Numbered from the stretch's first letter, positions 29,857 to 38,567 are shown. The stretch is DNA of 64,000 nt from Candidatus Thorarchaeota archaeon (GCA_048882325.1 JBHLRS010000008.1:34056-98055); one strand, 5' to 3'. Numbers and translations: made by a program. Notes: generated by a model not told the origin, from the letters alone.

Positions 29857-31197
29857 TCAAGCAGGAACCTCGACTAGGAACTCTTGTGAAATATCTGACT
29901 CTTCATCAACTGGTTTTGATAAACCTGCGTGAAGATTCAGTTTGGAAACAACTATGAAACCTAGGAGTGAAACTAGTACAAGTACGAGAGCTGCGCTTGT
30001 CATAGGGGGTCCTGTTGCTGCGACAGTCTCCGCCCAGACTCCGCCAATAGTCATTCCAACAACTTGCAGAGCAGTAAAGACTAAACTTAGGAGTGAGAAG
30101 ACACGTCCTCGAAGTTCATCCTCAACAAGCTCTTGCATGAGTACGTTAAGGGGAATAATCAGAACTACATCCACTGCACCAATAATTGCCCAAGGTAGCA
30201 TAACTGTCACAAAGTCAAATGCAAGGACAAGTCCCAAGATCGCAATACCAGCCAAAAATTCTGCAAATACTACCAGATAGAGAGGTCTATCGATCTCTCT
30301 CTTGCGACTGAAGTAGACTGCCGCAGTGGCTCCTGAAGCAGCTCCTGCACTCAACACAAGACCGACCTGGACTGAACCCAAACCAAGCTCACCCTCTAGG
30401 TATGGCATGAGCAGAGCGTTCAAAATACCCGATGACACTGCAAGGAGCATTGCAAAGACAAAGAGGAATGACAGAATCGAATTTCCAATGACGTAGCGAC
30501 CGCCTTGCTTTATCTGTGCCATCAAGGACTCCTTGTCATCTAGATCTCTATTCGGGATGAGATTAGTCCTGATTCCACGAAGTGCAAGTGCAGAGAAAAG
30601 GAAAGTTGCAGAGTTAATGGCGAACGCGAGGAAATAATCTGGGGCAAGGAGTGCAACGAGAATTCCACCGATTGGAGGGACTACCAACTGAACAACTTGG
30701 AATGTCATCTGAGAGAGAGAGTTCGCTGCTACTAACTCATCACCTTCTACGAGATTGGGGATTGCTGCACTCCTTGCAGGAAAGAACCATGCATTTGCAG
30801 TAGCATAGAGAAATGTGAGTAAGTAAACCCAATAGATTGTTGGCATAGATGTGGGGAAATAAATTGTGAGAGGAATGAGTAGAATTGTGATTGCTCGTAC
30901 TACATCTGATGCAACCATGATCTTCTTGCGGTTCCATTGATCAATATAGACACCAATGGGACCAGCAAAAACAACAACAGGTAATGTCTGAGCAATGGCA
31001 AGAAGCGCCATGGATATGGCAGAGCCTGTTAGGTCGTAGGCATAAAACATGAGAGCAAGATATGCAATCGCTGTTCCAATGTTAGATACTAGTTGACCAG
31101 ACCAGAGCAATGAGAAGTCACGATGAGCTAGAACTGCTCTGAATCCTTTCGGATCATCGTGACTTTCACTTTGAAGTTCTGTGACGACTTCGGTCAT
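29857..31197 (-). CDS. MFS transporter, DHA3/MefA-like
   Basis: LLWSGQLVSNIG, GVYIDQWNRKKIM (motif A), PARSAAIPNLV, ELRGRVFS; about 12 TMs. Confidence 0.9.
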   Translation of the reverse strand: MTEVVTELQSESHDDPKGFRAVLAHRDFSLLWSGQLVSNIGTAIAYLALMFYAYDLTGSAISMALLAIAQTLPVVVFAGPIGVYIDQWNRKKIMVASDVVRAITILLIPLTIYFPTSMPTIYWVYLLTFLYATANAWFFPARSAAIPNLVEGDELVAANSLSQMTFQVVQLVVPPIGGILVALLAPDYFLAFAINSATFLFSALALRGIRTNLIPNRDLDDKESLMAQIKQGGRYVIGNSILSFLFVFAMLLAVSSGILNALLMPYLEGELGLGSVQVGLVLSAGAASGATAAVYFSRKREIDRPLYLVVFAEFLAGIAILGLVLAFDFVTVMLPWAIIGAVDVVLIIPLNVLMQELVEDELRGRVFSLLSLVFTALQVVGMTIGGVWAETVAATGPPMTSAALVLVLVSLLGFIVVSKLNLHAGLSKPVDEESDISQEFLVEVPA

Positions 31198-31202
31198 TCA
31201 GT

Positions 31203-31301
31203 TTATCTCCGGAAGTAAGCACGGGCCACTGCATCAGTGGAAACGACATTCCTTGTCTTCTTCCAAACTCGAGGAGTTCCATTGATCTTTGCAAGTGCCA
31301 T
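31203..31301 (-). CDS. Small peptide 2: MALAKINGTPRVWKKTRNVVSTDAVARAYFRR (32 aa)
   Basis: Manual translation; GGAGG upstream of its ATG; homologous to peptide 1; stop 5 nt before the MFS ATG. Confidence 0.75.
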   Translation of the reverse strand: MALAKINGTPRVWKKTRNVVSTDAVARAYFRR

Positions 31302-31306
31302 TCGAT

Positions 31307-31408
31307 TTACCTCCGATAGGTGTACGCATGAGTAATGGCATCGGTGGAGACCATTGCCTTGTTGTTCTTCAGCACAGATTTAGTTCCTGAGTTAGTTGTT
31401 AAAGCCAT
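31307..31408 (-). CDS. Small peptide 1: MALTTNSGTKSVLKNNKAMVSTDAITHAYTYRR (33 aa)
   Basis: Manual translation; TATA-like box about 33 nt upstream; 16 identical positions with peptide 2. Confidence 0.75.
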   Translation of the reverse strand: MALTTNSGTKSVLKNNKAMVSTDAITHAYTYRR

Positions 31409-31440
31409 GATATTTCACAAAAATCACTGCTCAGATTTAG

Positions 31441-31448
31441 TATATATA
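31441..31448 (-). promoter_or_regulatory. TATA box for the peptide1-peptide2-MFS unit
   Basis: TATATATA 33-40 nt upstream of ATG 31408. Confidence 0.55.
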
Positions 31449-31524
31449 GCGGAGCCACTTCATAGGGTCACAGAAAGAAGTCACATATTGTTACTACTCA
31501 TAGGAAGCAGGTGGTAGAAAAATC

Positions 31525-32307
31525 ATGACGAAGTCGATACTAATTGATGAGAAGACCTTGCAAGTATTTGCTCACTTTGAAGAGTTCTACTTCAATGCGT
31601 TTGGTCAACAGAAAGTACCAAACCCTGCTTACAAGAATAGACTCTCCAAGTTCTTCGAGATTATCAAAGAGAATCACAGCGAAGAGGAACTGGTTGTTGG
31701 ACCAATAACAAGGGAAAACCTGGGAGATGCTTTATGTTTAGTTATATTGACAAGAATTCACGCTTTTTCAGAGGATGAACTGAGGGCGACAGTCGATTTC
31801 CTGCAAAACCCAGAACACAGTCTCCTGTTAATGTCTAATCATAATCCGTTTGAGATGCACGATAACGAACTTACAAGCAAGTTGGGAATATCACTGACAG
31901 GAGGATACTACAGTGGTGAAAGAGGAGTGTATACAGAGATCAGTGAAGATTGCATGACACATCATCCGATAATCGAAGGAGAAGAGTCTGAGAAACCAAT
32001 CTCTAAAATTCTAACAAACACAACCTGCCGTATTGAATCAAAACTTGGCACTCCATTCATCTACTTGCCAGATACAATGGTTGGTCGGTGGTCTTCTGAA
32101 GGTGAGTCGCCACTACGAAATAGAATCTTCGGACTTGCTATTGACGGTCAAAAGGAGCCTAATGAGATTATCAAGGGAAAAGTAATTGTCCTCGGTGATT
32201 CTGGATTTTTAGGAGACAAGGATTCAACATTTCCTGGATTTGGAATGATTGATAGGGGTGACAATGAGATATTCATACAGAGGATGTTCCGATACCTCTT
32301 GGACTGA
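31525..32307 (+). CDS. Hypothetical protein, GIFT/DUF4350 (GATase-like) fold candidate
   Basis: FSEDELRATVDFL, GKVIVLGDSGFL, DNEIFIQRMFRYL. Confidence 0.55.
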   Translation: MTKSILIDEKTLQVFAHFEEFYFNAFGQQKVPNPAYKNRLSKFFEIIKENHSEEELVVGPITRENLGDALCLVILTRIHAFSEDELRATVDFLQNPEHSLLLMSNHNPFEMHDNELTSKLGISLTGGYYSGERGVYTEISEDCMTHHPIIEGEESEKPISKILTNTTCRIESKLGTPFIYLPDTMVGRWSSEGESPLRNRIFGLAIDGQKEPNEIIKGKVIVLGDSGFLGDKDSTFPGFGMIDRGDNEIFIQRMFRYLLD

Positions 32308-32396
32308 TTGCAAAATCGTGGCGCTCTTCTGCAATTCTTCTAACAGAAACCCTCATACTTTAAACAACAACTAGTTTTGAAAGACTGTTGGACATA

Positions 32397-32558
32397 ATGA
32401 ATGAGTATGCTATCCTCATGAAGGTCCTAAGGAGATCTGGAGACCCCATTGGTGAAGGAGTAGAGGACATGCTTGATGCTCTAGGTCTACCAGATGACAT
32501 AGGAAGAGAAACCCTATTCAGGAGAATGAGAGTGCTATACAAACGATTTGATGCCTAA
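32397..32558 (+). pseudogene. Truncated 53-aa duplicate of the KITE-like gene N-terminus (remnant or expressed mini-protein)
   Basis: MNEYAILMKVLRRSGDPIGEGVEDMLDALGLPDDIGRETLF...; 36/53 identical to the ORF starting at 33196. Confidence 0.8.
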
Positions 32559-32630
32559 CAGATATTTTCCAGCAAATTCATCACTATGAAAACTTCAATA
32601 TGAAGCCAGATTCGAGATGTCGATTGAAGA

Positions 32631-33098
32631 TTAATTCTCCTTCTGTTCTCTCGATGTTTCTTTCCTACCTGAAGTTGGTTTGGCAATGTAGATTTGACGT
32701 GAAATAGCCATTCCTAAACACCAACCTGCAAAGAGTGTCAGAAGAATCAACCACCAGATAGGATCTACCAACCCCGAAACTTCATCGATTCCTGCGAGAG
32801 TATCAGCTAACTCACTTGTGATTAGAAGACACATGATGAAAGCAATCAATCCATAACTTGGACTGAACTTGCAATCCTGTTGCGAAACAGCGTCATCCCG
32901 GAAAGTGAAGTATTCGACTAAACCACCAAAACCGACGAAAATCAGTTGCAAGGCTATAAACATCATAAAGAGAGATGAATCTATCAATAGAAGAAGCAAG
33001 ACTCCTGTACAAAATATTGCACAAAAAACGACTGCTTTGACTCTTTCATGTTTGATATCAAATTGCCTACTGGTCATGATCCCACTCAGGAAACACAA
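32631..33098 (-). CDS. Small 4-TM membrane protein
   Basis: Four hydrophobic segments. Confidence 0.6.
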   Translation of the reverse strand: MCFLSGIMTSRQFDIKHERVKAVVFCAIFCTGVLLLLLIDSSLFMMFIALQLIFVGFGGLVEYFTFRDDAVSQQDCKFSPSYGLIAFIMCLLITSELADTLAGIDEVSGLVDPIWWLILLTLFAGWCLGMAISRQIYIAKPTSGRKETSREQKEN

Positions 33099-33195
33099 TC
33101 TGTGATTGGCCTCTATTTTACCTTTACGCGGCGCGCTTCACACAAAGGGACCTCACACTTTATACAGGCTCAGATGATGATGAACAGTGTTTCAG

Positions 33196-33699
33196 ATGAA
33201 CGAGTATGCCATTCTGATGAAGCTCCTCACAAGAGCAGGAGACCCAATCGGCGCAGGTGTCGATGACATGCTTGATGCTCTTGGGCTACCTGAAGACATA
33301 GGACGAGATGTGTTATTCAAGCGACTTGGTGAACTCCACTCAAGACTTGAACCAGTTGGCCTCACCATAAAACACAATCCCGTGAGTGGTGTGTTCTATG
33401 TTGACACTTCAATCCAGTCTAAGATGCAAAAGGACGATTCTGTACTCCCAGACAAATTGGCGGCAACTCTTCTTATTGTCATCACTCTGGCCTATCAAGA
33501 GGGTGGATGGATTTCCTTTGACAGAGTAAGAGAGTTTCGTAAAAAGAGCTTGAGAGGAGTCATGGAGGACCTAAGAGATCTTCAGAAGCTAAACTATGTT
33601 GAGCTAGACCAGCCTAGTAAGCGGGTTCGACTAGGTCTTCGTGTTCCATTTGAGATTGACTATGAGGCATTCTTTAGAGACCTTGTATCTGAGAGTTAG
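33196..33699 (+). CDS. Tandem winged-helix KITE-like protein (ScpB/Nse1/Nse3-like)
   Basis: Two WH-like halves: LHSRLEPVGLTIK..FYV, then ATLLIVITL..GGWIS..LQKLNYVE..RLGLRVPFEID; near smc-kleisin. Confidence 0.6.
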   Translation: MNEYAILMKLLTRAGDPIGAGVDDMLDALGLPEDIGRDVLFKRLGELHSRLEPVGLTIKHNPVSGVFYVDTSIQSKMQKDDSVLPDKLAATLLIVITLAYQEGGWISFDRVREFRKKSLRGVMEDLRDLQKLNYVELDQPSKRVRLGLRVPFEIDYEAFFRDLVSES

Positions 33700-33765
33700 C
33701 TCCAATTGTTCGGCCCCTTCGTTAGTTTTATCAAGGCACCATCTGTGAAAAACTCGGTCGGAATC

Positions 33766-34125
33766 ATGTCACACAGACGTTCACTAAGATTCGCAAAAAC
33801 GACCTGCCCTATCTGTGGCAGCAAGGAAGTCGCCCGTGACGATCACAAGGGAGACCTCCTCTGCACAAACTGTGGACATATCATTGTCCGAACAGAAACC
33901 AGATCTGTAGGTAAGTTTGACATTGCTCAACATATCAAGAGGAATGGAAAGATGACTTTCCCGATGCTCAAGTCAGCCACAGGGGCCTCAGACGACAAGC
34001 TCTTCGGTGTTTTACGAAACATGGTTGAGATGGGACTGCTCTCTGAGATTCAAGGACAGTACTCACTCACCAAGAAGGGAAATAGATGGTACCGTCAGAG
34101 GCAGGGACAGGAGTGGGGTTACTAG
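33766..34125 (+). CDS. TFIIB-type zinc ribbon + winged-helix protein
   Basis: CPICGS..DDHKGDLLCTNCG; LRNMVEMGLL..YSLTKKG. Confidence 0.75.
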   Translation: MSHRRSLRFAKTTCPICGSKEVARDDHKGDLLCTNCGHIIVRTETRSVGKFDIAQHIKRNGKMTFPMLKSATGASDDKLFGVLRNMVEMGLLSEIQGQYSLTKKGNRWYRQRQGQEWGY

Positions 34126-34202
34126 CCCCTGTTGGGGCAACACCCAAGCATTAGTGGACACTATTTTTCACGAAACAATCAGAATTCAGACTTAACCATA
34201 AT

Positions 34203-34380
34203 TTAATTTTTTTAATGTCACTAAGAAATATTTAAAAATCCCAATATTCCAAGCGGAATCAGGATTCGATTCGTTGATTTCTAAAATCTTCAATCTCCCT
34301 CCTACCACGCGATTATCATGCTGGCTAAATATACCGGTATGATTCACACATACCGAATCGAATCCTATCTTCTTCTTACT
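34203..34380. repeat. Degenerate intergenic repeat, copy 1
   Basis: Blocks ttaattttt.taat, cttcaatctccctcctaccacgcga and cctatcttcttct are colinear with 35373-35540. Confidence 0.55.
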
Positions 34381-34474
34381 ATTCCTCCACTAGGATTCGA
34401 ACATCATTCTTGGTGATGCGACGGACTTTGGGTAGACCTCTTCGCATCCACATATGATTCAACGTAGAGTGTTA

Positions 34475-35305
34475 TTATGCTAAATCTTGGAACGCCTTTA
34501 CGATCATCTCGCGCGAAGAATCAATATCCCCAATAACTCTTATCTCATCGAGGTTGATTTCACCTAGTCCTCTCCTGTGAGCCTCTTGGAGGACAGGCAT
34601 TTCAGTTGATTCAAGTCCTACAAGATAGCCCCCAACTGCTTCGACTGCGAACGCGTCAGTCCCTATGATTAGAAGATTGAGCGAAACAGTGACTCTCCTC
34701 TTCCCTATCCCCAAGTAGCAGTTGGTGGCATCGAGTACAGCAAGATCAATCCCACCGATGGCCTCATAGATGTCAAGCAATGCTTTGGGGAGCTGTTTGT
34801 GGAATCTATGCTTCTTTACATCAGGAATCATACCAAGTAAATTCTTGATGGTAAAACCAAGATTCATGAGGTCCTCGAGTCCTGCATCCTCATATCTTCG
34901 CGGAACGTGTGTGCTAATGAATGTGTTTGGCTGTGAGAATATCTTGGGAAATGGTACACTTTCTCCAGCTATTTCAACATCCAACGTATCTTTGTCATCA
35001 GAGAGATTGAATGGAACCACCCGTTCATTGTAGCAGTCTTTCCAGATTTCTAGTCGTTTCAGTCCAGGACCTGCTCCGCTATCAGATTCTGTAATTCGAA
35101 TCTCTGGCGCGTGATTAAACTTGTCAGCAATTTGTTGAACTGTCTTCACTGTCGAACAAATTCCAGTTTTAGGATTGTAAATTCCAACTTTGATGTAGAC
35201 AGGTCTCTCTTTGGTGTTGAGATCAATCAAATCCTCAATCTGTTCACAAGCGTGAGAGAATGAAGCACTGTCAACCACGACCACGGTAGAATTCATAGAA
35301 ATCAC
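34475..35305 (-). CDS. DUF362 family protein
   Basis: VYIKVG, ITESD, FTIKNLLG..KHRFH, DLAVLDA, GTDAFAVE, GLGEINL. Confidence 0.8.
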   Translation of the reverse strand: MISMNSTVVVVDSASFSHACEQIEDLIDLNTKERPVYIKVGIYNPKTGICSTVKTVQQIADKFNHAPEIRITESDSGAGPGLKRLEIWKDCYNERVVPFNLSDDKDTLDVEIAGESVPFPKIFSQPNTFISTHVPRRYEDAGLEDLMNLGFTIKNLLGMIPDVKKHRFHKQLPKALLDIYEAIGGIDLAVLDATNCYLGIGKRRVTVSLNLLIIGTDAFAVEAVGGYLVGLESTEMPVLQEAHRRGLGEINLDEIRVIGDIDSSREMIVKAFQDLA

Positions 35306-35372
35306 TGCTTGAATTCAAATCGAGCGTCTCTATTAAACCATAAAGGACTAAGCAAAGTGAGCGCTTACACAC

Positions 35373-35540
35373 TTAATTTTTCTAATTTCCTCTAAAGTAA
35401 TCCTTAATATACTATAGACCAATTTACCGATAGGGTCTGGTACAGAGGGCTTCAAACTCCCCTCCTAACCACGCGAATACCTACAAAGTAGGATACCTAC
35501 TTTCCCTTTTTACCTCTGCACCGGACCTATCTTATTCTAA
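35373..35540. repeat. Degenerate intergenic repeat, copy 2
   Basis: cttcaaactcccctcctaaccacgcga at 35450-35476 plus colinear flanking blocks. Confidence 0.55.
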
Positions 35541-35598
35541 TGCCTAGATGTCGCCAAGGGAATGGATTCTGATTCTAAGTTTCCTTTTTTGAAATCTT

Positions 35599-36144
35599 GT
35601 GAAAGAGTTAATGTGCCTTCAGATGATTGTAGACATGAGTTTTGGGACTCGTGAGAGGATGTTCAAAGTGAGTCTAGGAACTATGCGAACATCTTGTATG
35701 GCAGTCGCATTAGGATTAATAGTGCTGATTGTAGGATTCATTGTTGCGTGGCTGAGTGGACATGGGTATCTCCCTTTCTTACCACAAACAGTGGTCATGC
35801 TGACAATGATTTTTTTTTGCCTCACCATGTTACTTTCCACAACATCAGCAATGGCAGGTACTGATTACATTGTAAGGCAAGATCTCTCATCAATTCCGGA
35901 TACCCCACCTGATGATGTGTTCAGTCGCGTCATTCGTGATTCCGTGAGTGGAGAAGAGAGGATAATTCAAGCGCACCCCAACTCATCAATCCATGAAGTA
36001 TTGAGAGATGATTGGCCTTTCAGGAAGAAGATATCAGATGATTGGTACCTGATTGATGAGGATGGGAATGATATCACCAACTGGCCTATTTCAAACTGGG
36101 ATGGTGTCGCCATTCTGAGATACAGAGATCAGGATATCTATTGA
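35599..36144 (+). CDS. 2-TM membrane protein with soluble C-terminal domain
   Basis: Two hydrophobic helices then about 90 polar residues; start uncertain. Confidence 0.6.
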   Translation: MKELMCLQMIVDMSFGTRERMFKVSLGTMRTSCMAVALGLIVLIVGFIVAWLSGHGYLPFLPQTVVMLTMIFFCLTMLLSTTSAMAGTDYIVRQDLSSIPDTPPDDVFSRVIRDSVSGEERIIQAHPNSSIHEVLRDDWPFRKKISDDWYLIDEDGNDITNWPISNWDGVAILRYRDQDIY

Positions 36145-36219
36145 TCATAGAAGAAACGTTCGTTTCATTCATTCTCCTCAGAAACATTGAAACCCACAGA
36201 GTGCGGTGGATAAAAGAGA

Positions 36220-36552
36220 TTGGAAATGAGCGGCGGTAGACGAAGATATCCAGATAGTCGACGACGAAGAAAACTCCGGGTTGTGAAAGAACTTTTGCGA
36301 GTTGGGGTAGGTTCATCTATGTTGTACCTTGTTGCAGGATCTGAGAGAGCGGTCAAACTTCGGAGAGAGGATATGCAGAGATTGGAATATGATACTGGAA
36401 AGCATATCGAGGAGATGTATGAAGAGGAGCTTCAAGAGGGGATACAACGTTTGGAGATAGAAACAATCCCTCTGACAGAAGATGAGAAACAGATAGTCCG
36501 ATTAGCCTCAAAGTATGTGCTTGCAGGTTATTTCATTCTTAGCGATTCTTGA
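36220..36552 (+). CDS. Hypothetical protein
   Basis: 110-aa ORF filling the gap between + strand genes. Confidence 0.55.
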   Translation: MEMSGGRRRYPDSRRRRKLRVVKELLRVGVGSSMLYLVAGSERAVKLRREDMQRLEYDTGKHIEEMYEEELQEGIQRLEIETIPLTEDEKQIVRLASKYVLAGYFILSDS

Positions 36553-36573
36553 GGTTTAGATTCAGGTAATCAA

Positions 36574-37239
36574 TTGTTTTTTAGGGTAATGTATCGAACA
36601 CTGTTCGGAGGACTGTGTTTGACTTCTGGAGAAATGGAAGGAGAGCCCGTTATTGATTGGACAGGTCTTAGACCATCTAAACGGGACGATTTCCAGATGT
36701 ATGTGTTCGCTGTCCATGTTGCAGTGGGAATCTCAATATCTATCTTGAGTTTTCCCGGTGATTTACTTTCCTGGGATCAGGGAATAGGAATACTATTACC
36801 AACTCTTATCGGGCTAACTGGTCTTGCATATTTACTCCCGACAGGAATCAATTGGTATCGGGAAGATTTCTTACCCTTCGTAAATAAAGTCATTGAGATA
36901 CCTAAACCTGAGAGTGATCGATTTCTGAGGTATCAAAGAGTATTCCGATTCATGGTCCTTATTTCAGGATATCTCGATATAGTGGTTTGTCAGTTTGTAT
37001 ATACATGGCTTTTTGCGATTTTCAGTCCAAACTGGGTGGACCTTAGTCCGACACTGGACCCAGAAACTGGTCTCATTTCCGGTGCTGTTATACTCTTCTT
37101 TGTCCTTTGGTTTATCTTCATGGCTTTCTTTGAATTCATTCTGAAATCGGTGTATCCTGATGCTAGGCGGCTCTCACAATTGGAAATGAGCATGACAAGA
37201 GCTACTAGGAAGACTGACGAGGACCAAGAAAACATGTAG
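36574..37239 (+). CDS. 4-TM membrane protein
   Basis: Hydrophobic segments; start probably later than 36574. Confidence 0.6.
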   Translation: MFFRVMYRTLFGGLCLTSGEMEGEPVIDWTGLRPSKRDDFQMYVFAVHVAVGISISILSFPGDLLSWDQGIGILLPTLIGLTGLAYLLPTGINWYREDFLPFVNKVIEIPKPESDRFLRYQRVFRFMVLISGYLDIVVCQFVYTWLFAIFSPNWVDLSPTLDPETGLISGAVILFFVLWFIFMAFFEFILKSVYPDARRLSQLEMSMTRATRKTDEDQENM

Positions 37240-37301
37240 GTGAAGAGGACTATCATGGTTGCTTACCTTGATAGGATGTGAGTGATGTTAAAGTAATAGT
37301 A

Positions 37302-38450
37302 TCACTTTTTTATGACAAGCAGAGGTCCATCTATCTTAACAGGGGTCTCAGGTGGCAGGTCCAACAACCAGTCCTCAAGCTCCTCCATCTTCTCAAATCT
37401 CATTAGTACTGCTAATCGTTCTAATGGGAGAGTATCATATCGAGTGATTATTTTCTTCAATTGGAACATTCGGAAAGCTTCTAGCTCTGCTGCCTGCTCA
37501 GCTTCTTGGTCTTTAGAACGGTCAATCCATGGACTGTCCTTTTCAAAGTCCCAGAGTTCGACATTACCATCCATTGACCCTGTGATGACATGTCGACCAT
37601 CGGGAGTCACCACCATTGAGTGGACATTCTCAGTCGATGATAGATTCTGAAGCAGAACACCGCCCCGCAGTAACCATACTCTTACAGTGCCATCAGACGA
37701 CCCCGTAATAACATGTTGACCATCATTTGTAATATGAATCATGATAATGGACGTATTATGACCTGTCATCGACTTGATCAGAGTGCCGGTTTCCAAGTCC
37801 CACAAATGAACTACTCCATCCTGACCGCCTGAAAGAACATATCGAGAGTCAGCTGTCATAGCAAGAGCAGTCACATGACCTGTATGGCCTTCTAGAGTCT
37901 TCAACTCAATCCCCAATTCAAAATCCCAGATCCAAATCACTCCAGGTGAATCTGAGGTTGGAGCTTTCTTGCTTCCGCAGAGCATGTGCCGCCCATCTGG
38001 GCTAATCATTATGGTGTAGATACCTTGAGAATGTTCTAAATATCTAAGCATGATTCCTCGATCTATATCCCAGAAGCGAGCAATCCCATCATCTCCGCCT
38101 GTCACGATATATCTCTGGTCAGGACTCACGGCAACGGTATTGATGTGTGCTGAATTTGGCGCAAGGGATGTCTTGAGTGATTTTGTTTCAAAATCCCATA
38201 TCTTCACAGCGAGGTCCTTGTCTGCAATAGAAACGAGCTGTCTGTCATCTGGCATCACGATTAGTCCATAGACGGGTCCACTATGTCCAACAAATTTGTG
38301 AAGCTCTTTTCCTGTTGTGACATCCCAGAGGCGTATTGTAGCATCTTGCCCTCCAGAAGCAATAGTCAGTCCATCACTTGTGATTGCTAGTGACCAGACT
38401 GTGAACTCGTGACCTTCTAATTGCAGATTCGGGACTAATTCCCCGTCCAT
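37302..38450 (-). CDS. WD40 beta-propeller (7 repeats) with C-terminal PCI-like winged helix
   Basis: Repeated GH..V.S..SG.D..I.LWD; tail KKIITRYDTLPLERLAVLMRFEKMEELEDWL. Confidence 0.85.
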   Translation of the reverse strand: MDGELVPNLQLEGHEFTVWSLAITSDGLTIASGGQDATIRLWDVTTGKELHKFVGHSGPVYGLIVMPDDRQLVSIADKDLAVKIWDFETKSLKTSLAPNSAHINTVAVSPDQRYIVTGGDDGIARFWDIDRGIMLRYLEHSQGIYTIMISPDGRHMLCGSKKAPTSDSPGVIWIWDFELGIELKTLEGHTGHVTALAMTADSRYVLSGGQDGVVHLWDLETGTLIKSMTGHNTSIIMIHITNDGQHVITGSSDGTVRVWLLRGGVLLQNLSSTENVHSMVVTPDGRHVITGSMDGNVELWDFEKDSPWIDRSKDQEAEQAAELEAFRMFQLKKIITRYDTLPLERLAVLMRFEKMEELEDWLLDLPPETPVKIDGPLLVIKK

Positions 38451-38540
38451 GTGCTCAGCTCCTCTCACATTGTGATGCAGCTAGTACAATTACACTTCAT
38501 CGAACAAAAGGTTGTCGATTTTCTGAAAAATAGGGTAGCG

Positions 38541-38559
38541 GGTGGCACTAAGTGCCACC
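38541..38559 (-). terminator. Hairpin after hppA
   Basis: GGTGGCAC-TAA-GTGCCACC 8-bp stem, T5 about 10 nt downstream on the minus strand. Confidence 0.5.
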
Positions 38560-38567
38560 ACATTTGA

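Noticed and set aside
31335-31517. 60-aa + strand ORF
   Set aside because: Antisense to peptide 1 and runs across the promoter; no homology signal
24652-33699. Wadjet/MksBEFG defence system
   Set aside because: No Toprim JetD/MksG gene; gene order and SMC motifs do not fit MksB
34124-34138. GCCCC-TGTT-GGGGC hairpin as a SECIS element
   Set aside because: Too short, no GAA/A motif and no selenoprotein upstream; at most a terminator-like stem
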